In this document: positions 49,141 to 58,178 of the stretch, one piece after another
Layout: every line of letters begins with the position of its first letter
Position numbering within the stretch: the stretch's first letter is position 1
Assembly: GCA_039000425.1 (NCBI GenBank)
Contig: JAWBPV010000005.1
Span: 5,652-69,651, forward strand
DNA from: Candidatus Aenigmatarchaeota archaeon
Lineage (GTDB): Archaea > Aenigmatarchaeota > Aenigmatarchaeia > CG10238-14 > SCSR01
Reading direction: 5' to 3'
Length of the DNA stretch: 64,000 nt
Translations under genes and position numbers: made by a program
The notes under the pieces: generated by a model
Database searches by the model: none
What the model was told of the DNA's origin: nothing
What the model saw: only the letters and a program-made list of their open reading frames with translations

Positions 49141-51468
49141 TTAACGTATGTTGTGCATCGCTCTTAAATCTTTCTCAAAAACTTTAAGCTCTTCAGGAAT
49201 TTTAATTTCTATCTCATCTTTAAGGGAAATCCCCTTCTCTTTCTTCAAATTCCAAACTTTGGAATTGAACTCAACTATTTTTTCAGTCAGTTTTGCGTGC
49301 TCAGTTTTCCATAAAGGTTTGGGGAAATTTTGCAGATGAATCGATTTTTTGCCGTATAGCTCTGACCATATCTTCTCAGTTATGAAAGGTACAATAGGTG
49401 CTAGTAATAATAAAATATTTTTCAAGCAAGTGTGTAAAGTGAACCAAGCTGATCGCTGCTCTTCTTTACTGAAATTTTCACCGTAAGCCCTTGGTTTAAC
49501 CATTTCTACGTAATGGCTAGCGAACAAATTCCAAGTGAATTCTCTCAATTTTGTAGCAGGTATGAAGAAGTTGAACTCTTCGTATCCTTTCAAGCATCCT
49601 TCTATCAGCTTGCTTAGCTCAGCCAAAATCCATTTATCCGTTTCTGTAAGCTTAGCTTTTTTAGGTTGTGGGAAAGAAGAAACGAACCTGGCTATGTTCC
49701 ACAATTTTGTCAAGAATTTACCAGCGTTTGCTATTCTTTGCTCAGAGCAACGGAAATCTTCACCAAGACTTGATTCTTGGGCGGACCAAAACCTGAAAGT
49801 ATCGGCACCGTATTTTTCCAAAATCGGCAAAGGATCTATAACGTTCCCTTTACTTTTACTCATCTTTTCTCCTTTTTCATCAACACCAAACCCCGTTATC
49901 CATGCGTGCTCCCACGGAATTTTTCTAGTTAACTGATAGCATCTTAGCAGAGTATAGTATAACCAAGTCCTCACTATATCTTTTCCTTGAGGTCTTAAGG
50001 AAGTTGGATAAGCTTTCTTGAAAAATTTATCGTCTCTCAAGAATTTTGTTATGAAGAGGGGAGAAATACTCGAGTCGAACCATGTATCAAAAGTCCTCGT
50101 TTCACCTTCGAATTCTTCTCCTTTGCAATGTTCACATTTCTTGAAAGGAGGTTTTTCTTTCCATGGTTGATAGTATTTTCCAGGTTTTGGTAAGTTAGGT
50201 TTTCCACATTTTTTACAGTACCAAACCGGAACTTCAGTTCCGTAAAACCTTCTCCTGGATATTGGCCAATCTATGGTTATCGATTTAATCCAATCATAAA
50301 GTAATTGCCTATGCCTTTCAGGATGAAATTTTATTCTTTCAGCTATTTTCTTCAAATTTTCTAGGAAAGGTAATTGTTTCAAGTAGAATTCGTCGAGGGA
50401 AATTATCTCTATAGGAGTTTTACTCCTCTCGCAAACTGGCGTGCGATGTTTTATAATTTCTTTTTTAACCACAAGCCCTTGAGCTTCTAGATCTTGAATT
50501 ATCTTCTCCCTTGCTTCTTTGACTTCAAGGCCAGCATACTTTCCAGCTTTTTCGTTCATTTTTCCGTCAAGGTCTATGGCTATTATTTCCTCGAGTTTAA
50601 GTTCCCTGAACAACCTTACATCTCTAGTATCCCCATAACTACAAACCATTTCAACTCCTGATCCAAAATCAGGAACTGCTGAAGGATGGGCCAGTATCGG
50701 AACTTCCCTTTCATAAATCGGTACCAAAGCTTTTTTTCCAACAAAATTCTTATACCTCTCATCTTCAGGATGAACCAAAACAGCTTTACAAGAACACAAA
50801 AGTTCCGGTCTTGTTGTTGCTATTGTTATGGAATCGTCTTCACCACATATCTTGAACTTGATGTAAACTAGTTGGGACGGCATTTCCTCGTAAATCACAT
50901 CAGCATCTGCTATAGTTGTTTTACAATCAGGACAGTAATTGTTCGGTCTTTTGTCCTTGTATATCAAGCCTTTTTTCCATAAAATCAGAAAAGTTTCCTG
51001 TGTAAGCTTTCTGTATTCTTCAGAATCAGTTCTGTAATAATTATCGAAATCCCCGCTCAGCCCCATCATCTTCATTATTCCTATCAACTCAGCCTCTAAA
51101 TCGTCCAAAGCAGTTCTTGCAAGGGCGATGAATTTTTCTCTGGGTGTTTCGTGCATTTTTATGTTGAATTTCTTTTCCACATATCTTTCAACGGGTACAC
51201 CATTCCTATCGATCCCTATTGGAAAGAAAACCTCGAAACCGAGCATCCTGGCAGTTCTTGCTATCATGTCTATTTGTGAGTAATGGGAGGCAGCTCCGAT
51301 ATGCCATGGCCTGCCGGAAGGATATGGTGGTGGGGTATCTATGGAAAAAATCTTTTTCTTACTCTTTGGGTTGAAGAGGAAAAGGTTCTCTTTCTCCCAC
51401 TTTTTAAGTATCTCTTTTTCAATTTTTGTGTTCCATCTATTTTCCTCGATTTTTGGTTTAAACTCCAT
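49141..51468 (-). CDS. valS: valine--tRNA ligase (compact, 775 aa)
   Basis: IDTPPPYPSG...WHIGAA (HIGH-variant). VHPEDERYK editing-domain motif. DTWFDSS. KMSKSKGNVIDP. Confidence 0.75.
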   Translation of the reverse strand: MEFKPKIEENRWNTKIEKEILKKWEKENLFLFNPKSKKKIFSIDTPPPYPSGRPWHIGAASHYSQIDMIARTARMLGFEVFFPIGIDRNGVPVERYVEKKFNIKMHETPREKFIALARTALDDLEAELIGIMKMMGLSGDFDNYYRTDSEEYRKLTQETFLILWKKGLIYKDKRPNNYCPDCKTTIADADVIYEEMPSQLVYIKFKICGEDDSITIATTRPELLCSCKAVLVHPEDERYKNFVGKKALVPIYEREVPILAHPSAVPDFGSGVEMVCSYGDTRDVRLFRELKLEEIIAIDLDGKMNEKAGKYAGLEVKEAREKIIQDLEAQGLVVKKEIIKHRTPVCERSKTPIEIISLDEFYLKQLPFLENLKKIAERIKFHPERHRQLLYDWIKSITIDWPISRRRFYGTEVPVWYCKKCGKPNLPKPGKYYQPWKEKPPFKKCEHCKGEEFEGETRTFDTWFDSSISPLFITKFLRDDKFFKKAYPTSLRPQGKDIVRTWLYYTLLRCYQLTRKIPWEHAWITGFGVDEKGEKMSKSKGNVIDPLPILEKYGADTFRFWSAQESSLGEDFRCSEQRIANAGKFLTKLWNIARFVSSFPQPKKAKLTETDKWILAELSKLIEGCLKGYEEFNFFIPATKLREFTWNLFASHYVEMVKPRAYGENFSKEEQRSAWFTLHTCLKNILLLLAPIVPFITEKIWSELYGKKSIHLQNFPKPLWKTEHAKLTEKIVEFNSKVWNLKKEKGISLKDEIEIKIPEELKVFEKDLRAMHNIR

Positions 51469-51696
51469 TTTCCCAAACCTCAGTTAAAATTAATTTTTGT
51501 AAGGAGAAGTAGATAAAAGTCAGAGTTGTACCCGAAGATCACCATCCATTTGCATCAAAAATAGTTTTGTATTTCTAATTTAAATCTTTTAGTCTTTTAA
51601 GAGGAGGAAAATCCTTATTCCAACTTTTTTCCCGCCGTTTGTTCCGCTCCATCGTAATTCGCGAATTCCAGCAATAGCGATAGCCGATGGTTTTAG

Positions 51697-53274
51697 TTAA
51701 ACTTGTATTCTTTTCTCATAAGTTATGACTGGGACATTTTTCATCAACACCATCGGTCCTACTTGAGAAGATGGCACCAAATCTTCTTCTCCTGTTGGTG
51801 TAGTTTTTGCACAATAACCAGGATCGTAGAAATAAAGATCGTAACTTGACAAAACTAATTGAGATGAAATTTGATATATAGGTAAAGTTAGATGGAGAGG
51901 AGTCCTTACAGGTAACAATTCACCATCTTTTAAAAAATAAACTTCTGTAGATAACTCCAATTCTTTTTCTTCTTCCTCTCCGATTTTTCCTATTCGTACG
52001 AAAGCATCTTCTCCCAAATGTTCACCAACACTTTTATACATAACCAACACATTTTCTTTCCTTGACGCAACCTCACCCATTTCTTCTATAGATTTTGGTC
52101 CATGTTTAGATGGTAAGGCGTAGAGGATGCTACTCCTTGGTTGAGGGATGAAAGAAAACTCAGAAGATATAGCATTCCCAGTTTCGTTAACGTCAGAAAA
52201 CATGGATCCCAATTTTCTTCCAGTTAATTTACCCTTACTTATCAACATTTTTTCCTCAGCCGGAAACATTTCAAAATCGTGATTAAAGCCACCGAACAAC
52301 CAGAAGTTCTGTAGAACGTCAAACCTGGAGGAAGTTTCGATCAAAGGGCTATCTATTAAAGAGAGAGATTTTGGTAGCTGAATTCCGTTCAAACCGTCGA
52401 ATATAGGTTTCATTTCATACTTCGATTCTTCCCAGTCTTTTCTACTCAGTTTTATGCTTCCTTCAAAAGAATGTCCAAAGATTTCGTGTAAAACTGTTGA
52501 AGAAGGTGTTATCACGTCGTACAAACCATTACCGATTCTTATCCCATTTTCCGATACATTCTTGGCAATTTTTGAAAGTTCATCGATAAGTTCGTGGTAA
52601 GAATTAGCATCACGAAGGGATTGTTCCAAGGTTATGTCCGGGATAGTTTTTATGAGACGATGTAAATTGGTGATGTCTGTTTGTGTAACAGGATTCATTC
52701 CGAGATTCCTCTGAATACTTTCTTCTGGTGAAATGTATATCATGAATTTCAAGAGAAAGTTGGGTATGACTTGAAAAACTTCGACATTGTTGGAATCTCT
52801 CTGGTAAATTGTTCTTTGGGTTAGATTGTACTTTGTGAAAACCCTTAAGCTAGGATCTTTGTTCTTCGACGCTTCTTTTATTTCCTTGATGAAATCATGC
52901 GGTATAACAAAATTTTTATCTTCTTCCACATAACTTTTTTCGGGAAATACCAATTCTTTTTTCGGAATGATAACATCAGTTTTTATAACATTTTCCCTAG
53001 CTTTCTTTATCAAGAACTCTACATCTTCCCTATCTATCCTTGCTGACGGTAAATCTTCTGTAGCTGAATATAGAAATAATTCATTCTCCTTGAGGAAAGT
53101 TATCCTCATCCCGAGCGTGTACTCAACACTCGGGTTATAAGCTTTCCCATCTCTAAATTTTCCCCCCTGTATTTTTCTATGCTCTATATAAACGTGGACG
53201 TAATCTGCAACGTCCCTCACTTCTCTTATAAACTTTCTGATCGGTGTTTTTGCATACTCAAAAAGCTTCACCAT
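51697..53274 (-). CDS. TldD/PmbA-family metallopeptidase
   Basis: 525 aa. VLHEIFGHSFEG metal-binding motif. Confidence 0.65.
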   Translation of the reverse strand: MVKLFEYAKTPIRKFIREVRDVADYVHVYIEHRKIQGGKFRDGKAYNPSVEYTLGMRITFLKENELFLYSATEDLPSARIDREDVEFLIKKARENVIKTDVIIPKKELVFPEKSYVEEDKNFVIPHDFIKEIKEASKNKDPSLRVFTKYNLTQRTIYQRDSNNVEVFQVIPNFLLKFMIYISPEESIQRNLGMNPVTQTDITNLHRLIKTIPDITLEQSLRDANSYHELIDELSKIAKNVSENGIRIGNGLYDVITPSSTVLHEIFGHSFEGSIKLSRKDWEESKYEMKPIFDGLNGIQLPKSLSLIDSPLIETSSRFDVLQNFWLFGGFNHDFEMFPAEEKMLISKGKLTGRKLGSMFSDVNETGNAISSEFSFIPQPRSSILYALPSKHGPKSIEEMGEVASRKENVLVMYKSVGEHLGEDAFVRIGKIGEEEEKELELSTEVYFLKDGELLPVRTPLHLTLPIYQISSQLVLSSYDLYFYDPGYCAKTTPTGEEDLVPSSQVGPMVLMKNVPVITYEKRIQV

Positions 53275-53405
53275 GTTATAAAAGAAAATCAGTTAAAGAT
53301 TTATTTCTATTCCAACTACCAATATAAATTTGCCTTGCCTGAAAAAGCCTCTGTGGAGCGATGAGTCGAGCAAGTAAGGAGACAGATGCACGAGGCAAGG
53401 CGACA

Positions 53406-55454
53406 TTAACAATCTTCTCCAAACCATTCAGGTTTCTTTCTCTTAAATTTAAAGTCTGTGAGAAACATAAATAGGAGAAAGCTACAAAGGAAAGCTAGCA
53501 AGATTATCAAAGCTACATGAGCATCTGAGAGCACAAACTTACCAGTTATTATTTCTTTCTCTTGAGGTAGGGTTATGCTGGTTGTGGTCGTGCTGGTTGT
53601 GGTGATCGTTGTGCTGGTTGTGGTGGTAATACATGCACCATCCTTACATCCAAAACCACAATACTCAACATGTACCCAACTCTTGCTACAATCAGAATAT
53701 TGGTAGAGTTGAAGTTTCCAATTACCTGAACACTTGAATTCGTCTAAGAACTTAGCAACACATCTTTCCGCTTTCTCTCTAACCGAAAATGTTTCTGAAT
53801 AAATTGTCGCACTTTTATCACAACCCGAATAATAAACTTTAACCCTATAATTTCCGGGCTCTCGAACAGTTGCCCAACAACTTAAACTACTTGTTGTCTT
53901 TCCAGGCACGTAAACAGAGTTTTCGCTACACTTCATGGGTATACAATACGGGTCTGTTTTGCAGAGATATGCATCAAGGTTCACGTAACCTCCAAGATCA
54001 CCATAGTTTGTTATTTCAACTGTAGCTTTTACAACATCGCCCACAATATAGTTAAATTGCGAACTAACACTTGCCCATATACTACAAGGCTTTCCGGTTG
54101 AACAACTACCATCTACACATCCATACTCACAGTATTTCCAATTAATCCACTCTACAGAACAATCAGAATATCTATATTCTCTTTGTAACCAGTTCCCGTA
54201 ACACCTGAAGTTGTTCAAATAACCTTCTTCACAACCTGGTAAGCATGCTCCATTGTAACATCCATACTCACAGTATTTCCAATTAACCCATTCGGTGGAA
54301 CAATCATTGTAAAGATACTTTCTCTGTAACCAGTTCCCGTAACATCTATAATCATCCAAGAATTGTGGAACACAAGTTGATATTTTTACACAAACACCAG
54401 AATCACAAGTATAACCTGGAGCACAGCCTTGGTAACAAGAGCCTATTGCGACCCATCTCCTATCTTTGACCACATAAGTACATGTGGCTCCAAAGCACGT
54501 ATAATCCCTATATTCTTGCTCTTTTTCTCTAGTTCCAATTCCACATTCATATCCGTTCATATTACACCTTTCCCTTCCAGTATCGTACCATCCATCTTTT
54601 TCCATGATGCAATAACCATTATTACAAACATAGCCTGGTGGACAATTCTCGATTATAAGCTCCCAACCAGAGCCATCCGTTCTACATTTCTCGTAAGCAA
54701 CTTGAGTTGAACAAGCACAATACCTATTCCTTATCTCACCAGGATTACAAACCTTTATCCTGGTTAAAACAAGTTCTACCCTCTTAACCTCAGAACAAGA
54801 GCAGGTTATGGTCCTTGTGTCTGTTGAATAACCTTCTTTGCTCGCAGAAACCACATGAGTTCCAACCGAAACTTGTTTAAGGACATGGGAAGAATAAGCT
54901 ACGTAATTACCATCCACGTAAATATTCGCTTCTAAAGGTATGCCACGGTCATCTTTTACGTAGATATCCAGATGACAATATTGTTCAACTTGTTCCAAGA
55001 CTTCAACTTTGGCTTTCCAGCAAAAGCAAGGATCTTGAACAATTTGATAGCAATCACTACTTACCCTGACTTCAACTATTCCTGTGTAACCATAAGGTGC
55101 ATAACTTGTGAGATCGTATTCGGCTGAAGCAGAATCACCTGAAACAACTCTATATCCCGAAGAAAAGCAATTAGGTGCAGTAGAAGACCATGCTTGGTAC
55201 CAATTGCTAGGAGAATAAGGAAGACCATCCAGGTTTTTATAAGTTGATCCAATTTTTATCCAGGCTGTGAAGCATCTTGGGTATAAATCCCCCATGGAAT
55301 TGTAAACAGTAACTTTAATCCTTCTGGCATTAGATACTTGAAAAATTGCAGATTTGTACTTATAAGTTTCATCTTGTCCATCGCAAATAGCTAGAGTTAT
55401 TCCTGGGAGTATCAAAAGGAAGGAGAAAATCATGGCCATGATTTTGAATTTCAT
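53406..55454 (-). CDS. large Cys-rich secreted surface protein with three ~40-aa Cys-rich repeats, Thr-rich linker, LPQ motif and C-terminal TM anchor
   Basis: The likely start is MKFKIMAMIFSFLLILPGITLA (signal peptide). Repeats FLDDYRCYGNW...CEYGCYNGAC, YLNNFRCYGNW...CEYGCVDGSC and FLDEFKCSGNW...CGFGCKDGAC. Tail TTTTSTTITTTSTTTTSITLPQEKE-[TM]-KFKRKK. Confidence 0.6.
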   Translation of the reverse strand: MKFKIMAMIFSFLLILPGITLAICDGQDETYKYKSAIFQVSNARRIKVTVYNSMGDLYPRCFTAWIKIGSTYKNLDGLPYSPSNWYQAWSSTAPNCFSSGYRVVSGDSASAEYDLTSYAPYGYTGIVEVRVSSDCYQIVQDPCFCWKAKVEVLEQVEQYCHLDIYVKDDRGIPLEANIYVDGNYVAYSSHVLKQVSVGTHVVSASKEGYSTDTRTITCSCSEVKRVELVLTRIKVCNPGEIRNRYCACSTQVAYEKCRTDGSGWELIIENCPPGYVCNNGYCIMEKDGWYDTGRERCNMNGYECGIGTREKEQEYRDYTCFGATCTYVVKDRRWVAIGSCYQGCAPGYTCDSGVCVKISTCVPQFLDDYRCYGNWLQRKYLYNDCSTEWVNWKYCEYGCYNGACLPGCEEGYLNNFRCYGNWLQREYRYSDCSVEWINWKYCEYGCVDGSCSTGKPCSIWASVSSQFNYIVGDVVKATVEITNYGDLGGYVNLDAYLCKTDPYCIPMKCSENSVYVPGKTTSSLSCWATVREPGNYRVKVYYSGCDKSATIYSETFSVREKAERCVAKFLDEFKCSGNWKLQLYQYSDCSKSWVHVEYCGFGCKDGACITTTTSTTITTTSTTTTSITLPQEKEIITGKFVLSDAHVALIILLAFLCSFLLFMFLTDFKFKRKKPEWFGEDC

Positions 55455-55528
55455 GAATAAGTTATCAAAGAAAAACTTTAAATACTTTTTTATAGGTAAA
55501 CTTTTTTCGTTCAAAAGTGTAATTTAAA

Positions 55529-56248
55529 ATGAGGAAAATGATAATAGCTGCTACAGGAGACGTTCATTCACCTAGATTCTTTGCAGATTTCGTTAAAGCT
55601 GTTGATGAGCTTATGGTTAGGCCAGACTTGATGTTTTTGCTTGGTGATATGATAGAGAGAGGACATTTAGAAGAATATGATAAGATTTACAACACGCTTT
55701 TTGGAAAAATAAATTGTCCGATAGTTGCATGTTTCGGTAACAATGAATACCAGGATATAAGGGAGGAAATAAAGCTTAGGTATAAGGAAATAAAATTTCT
55801 GGACGATGAAGCCACTATTTTACAAATAGGGAATTTAAAGGTTGGTGTAGTTGGTACAACAGGTAGCTTGGATGAACCTACTAGATGGCAAAAAGCAAAC
55901 GTTCCAAACATAGAGAATTTATTCAAAGCAAGGGTTACAATAGTTGATAACCTTCTTAACAGGATGAAGACCAACATTTCAATCTTACTGATCCATTACG
56001 CTCCAACTTACAAAATCCTGGAAGGAGAAAACCCGAACTTTTACAAGAATCTGGGGTCGATTGCTTACGAGCAAGTCTTGATAAACAGAAGGCCAACGCT
56101 TGTACTTACTGGCCATTCCCACAAAGGATCCAAGATGGTTTGGGTGGATACGGTACCGATCTACAACGTTGCCTTACCTTTAAACAAACAAATAGTGGTC
56201 ATAGATACGGAAAAAGACCTAAGACCAGGAATAACTAGGTTCATTTAG
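55529..56248 (+). CDS. calcineurin-like metallophosphoesterase
   Basis: 239 aa. GDVH, GDMIERG, GNNE, GHSH motifs. Confidence 0.7.
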   Translation: MRKMIIAATGDVHSPRFFADFVKAVDELMVRPDLMFLLGDMIERGHLEEYDKIYNTLFGKINCPIVACFGNNEYQDIREEIKLRYKEIKFLDDEATILQIGNLKVGVVGTTGSLDEPTRWQKANVPNIENLFKARVTIVDNLLNRMKTNISILLIHYAPTYKILEGENPNFYKNLGSIAYEQVLINRRPTLVLTGHSHKGSKMVWVDTVPIYNVALPLNKQIVVIDTEKDLRPGITRFI

Positions 56249-56525
56249 ATTTTTTCTTGAAAAAATTCTTTATTTTTTCTCTTAGATGGCATACAACATC
56301 GTTAACCGCTGTACCAAGGCTTAAGTTGAACAGTGTTATGTGACCAGTTAAAGCCGAGAAAAAAGCTACTATAGCACCAAGATATGCATGGTGTATCTTT
56401 ATTTTCTTCTTACCGTTGATTATAAAAAGCCTTAACCTTGGGAAATTCCTGGTAACAAGTTCGCTTATTATAAATCCTAGACCAAATACTATGAAGTCGA
56501 ACTGAAGGCTTTCTAGGCCTATCAT
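56241..56525 (-). CDS. small membrane protein, hypothetical
   Basis: 94 aa, two TM helices. Confidence 0.3.
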   Translation of the reverse strand: MIGLESLQFDFIVFGLGFIISELVTRNFPRLRLFIINGKKKIKIHHAYLGAIVAFFSALTGHITLFNLSLGTAVNDVVCHLREKIKNFFKKKSK

Positions 56526-56628
56526 TCAAATTAAATTGGTCGTAAAAGGTATTAAAAATTTTCTTTTTGGGAATTTTCTTACCTGAAAAGTAGTAAAAGA
56601 TTTAAATTTAACCTTACATTCAATAAGT

Positions 56629-56967
56629 ATGGCAAACGAAAAAGACTGGAAAGAATGTTTGAATCAAGAAGATAGGGAGATACTTGCTCAATTGATAGAA
56701 GCTACGAAGAAGCATAAATGTGCTTTCATGCAAGCCGAAGACGTAAAAGTTGCCCAACTTTGGTGTGCTTTGGTGGAAATGAGGAAGCAGATGGCTGAGA
56801 TGGAGAAAATAGTGGAAAAAGTTGCAGAACCCTTCAGGGCAATAGTGCAAATGGGAGAAATAGAGAAAAGGAAAACCATAGACAGGATGGTACGTGAGAT
56901 ATTAAGGCCAGAACCATACCAAGAAGAGGCTACCAAAAGGCTAGTAGATAGCTTGATGAAGTTTTGA
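56629..56967 (+). CDS. hypothetical protein
   Basis: 112 aa, helical, charged. Confidence 0.45.
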   Translation: MANEKDWKECLNQEDREILAQLIEATKKHKCAFMQAEDVKVAQLWCALVEMRKQMAEMEKIVEKVAEPFRAIVQMGEIEKRKTIDRMVREILRPEPYQEEATKRLVDSLMKF

Positions 56968-57006
56968 AGAAATAGGCTAGCAAGAGCTTTTTCAGTAAAG
57001 GTAAGA

Positions 57007-57153
57007 TTAACGTAAGCAAGCTGGTAAAGGCCACTGTTTACTTTTCATATGATACCTTATGCAAAGACAGCATATGCCATGTCTTTCACACCCTGTTTCA
57101 GGACATGGACAATCTTTTTCGTTAATTTCCTTGTTAGGACATTCTTTCCTCAT
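57007..57153 (-). CDS. candidate small Cys-rich protein (48 aa), not in ORF track
   Basis: MRKECPNKEINEKDCPCPETGCERHGICCLCIRYHMKSKQWPLPACLR. 10 Cys in 48 aa. It sits in the intergenic gap upstream of the DUF72 gene. Confidence 0.3.
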   Translation of the reverse strand: MRKECPNKEINEKDCPCPETGCERHGICCLCIRYHMKSKQWPLPACLR

Positions 57154-57191
57154 GTTATCAATTTATCCTTCTAAAAACCTAAATTTTTTTA

Positions 57192-57890
57192 GTGAAGGTC
57201 TTTGTGGGAACTTCTGGTTGGCTTTATGGATGGAACGAAGGAGGTACTCTTGATTGGTATCTCAAGAATTCGATGCTGAACTCTGTAGAGCTGAACATGT
57301 CTTTCTACCGTTTTCCTTTTCCGAATCAGGTTAAAGCTTGGGCTTCGAAAACTAGGGAAATTAACCCAGAGTTGAGGTGGAGTATAAAAGTTAGTAGGTT
57401 TATAACACACGTTTTCAAGTTTGGGGATAAAGCTTTAAAATTGTGGAAGGATTTCCAAAAACTTTTCAGGCCTTTGGAGAGGAACATAGACTTTTACCTT
57501 TTTCAGTTACCACCTTCGCTTTCCCCTAAAATTGGTCAAAAGCTCGAAGATTTCGTAAGAAGCACTAGACTTAAAGAAAAGTTCGCGCTGGAAGTTAGGA
57601 ACAAGGATTGGTTCAAGAAAGAATGTTTAGAATGGGCAGAAAAACTTGGAATAACTTGGGTAAGTGTTGATTCACCAGATTTTCCTTTAGAAGTTTATTG
57701 TACGAACGGGATAGTGTATGAAAGAATGCATGGGAGGACTTTTTGGTATTCTCATTATTACAGTGATAATGAACTGAAAGAAGTGAAGAAGAAGATTTTG
57801 AACCTAAAACCCGAAAAAGTTTACATCTTTTTCAACAATGACCATGCCATGTTGGATAACGCGAGGAAGATGTTGAAGTTGTTCTCATGA
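57192..57890 (+). CDS. DUF72-family protein
   Basis: 232 aa. VGTSGWLYGW...FYRFP signature. Confidence 0.75.
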   Translation: MKVFVGTSGWLYGWNEGGTLDWYLKNSMLNSVELNMSFYRFPFPNQVKAWASKTREINPELRWSIKVSRFITHVFKFGDKALKLWKDFQKLFRPLERNIDFYLFQLPPSLSPKIGQKLEDFVRSTRLKEKFALEVRNKDWFKKECLEWAEKLGITWVSVDSPDFPLEVYCTNGIVYERMHGRTFWYSHYYSDNELKEVKKKILNLKPEKVYIFFNNDHAMLDNARKMLKLFS

Positions 57891-57903
57891 TTTCTTCCAA
57901 AAA

Positions 57904-57975
57904 TGGACCGGCCGGGATTCGAACCCGGAGCCTTCTCCTTGCGAAGGAGACGATCTACCTTTGATCTACCGGCCC
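57904..57975 (-). tRNA. tRNA-Ala (anticodon CGC)
   Basis: Acceptor GGGCCGG/CCGGTCC with a G3:U70 pair. Anticodon arm TCTCC-TTCGCAA-GGAGA. T-arm CCGGG-TTCGAAT-CCCGG. Discriminator A. No intron. Confidence 0.85.
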
Positions 57976-58023
57976 TCAAATAAAACATAAGTAAAAATAA
58001 GATAATATTAAAATCTGTGAAAA

Positions 58024-58115
58024 GGGCACGTAGCTTAGCCTGGTTGGAGCAACCGAAGCTTTAGCTGTTGAAGCTGATAACCGGTAGGTCCCCGGTTCAA
58101 ATCCGGGCGTGCCCA
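58024..58115 (+). tRNA. intron-containing tRNA, probably tRNA-Ile (anticodon GAT) with a ~17-nt intron at a non-canonical position (30/31)
   Basis: Acceptor GGGCACG/CGTGCCC. D-arm GCTT-AGCCTGGTTG-GAGC. T-arm CCCGG-TTCAAAT-CCGGG. Removing AAGCTTTAGCTGTTGAA gives anticodon arm ACCGG-CTGATAA-CCGGT. A GAAGCT direct repeat sits at both junctions. Confidence 0.55.
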
Positions 58116-58178
58116 CTTTCCTTGGTTTAGAAGGATAGAAAAGTATTTAAGGGGATAGTTAGTATAAAAAATTAGTCT

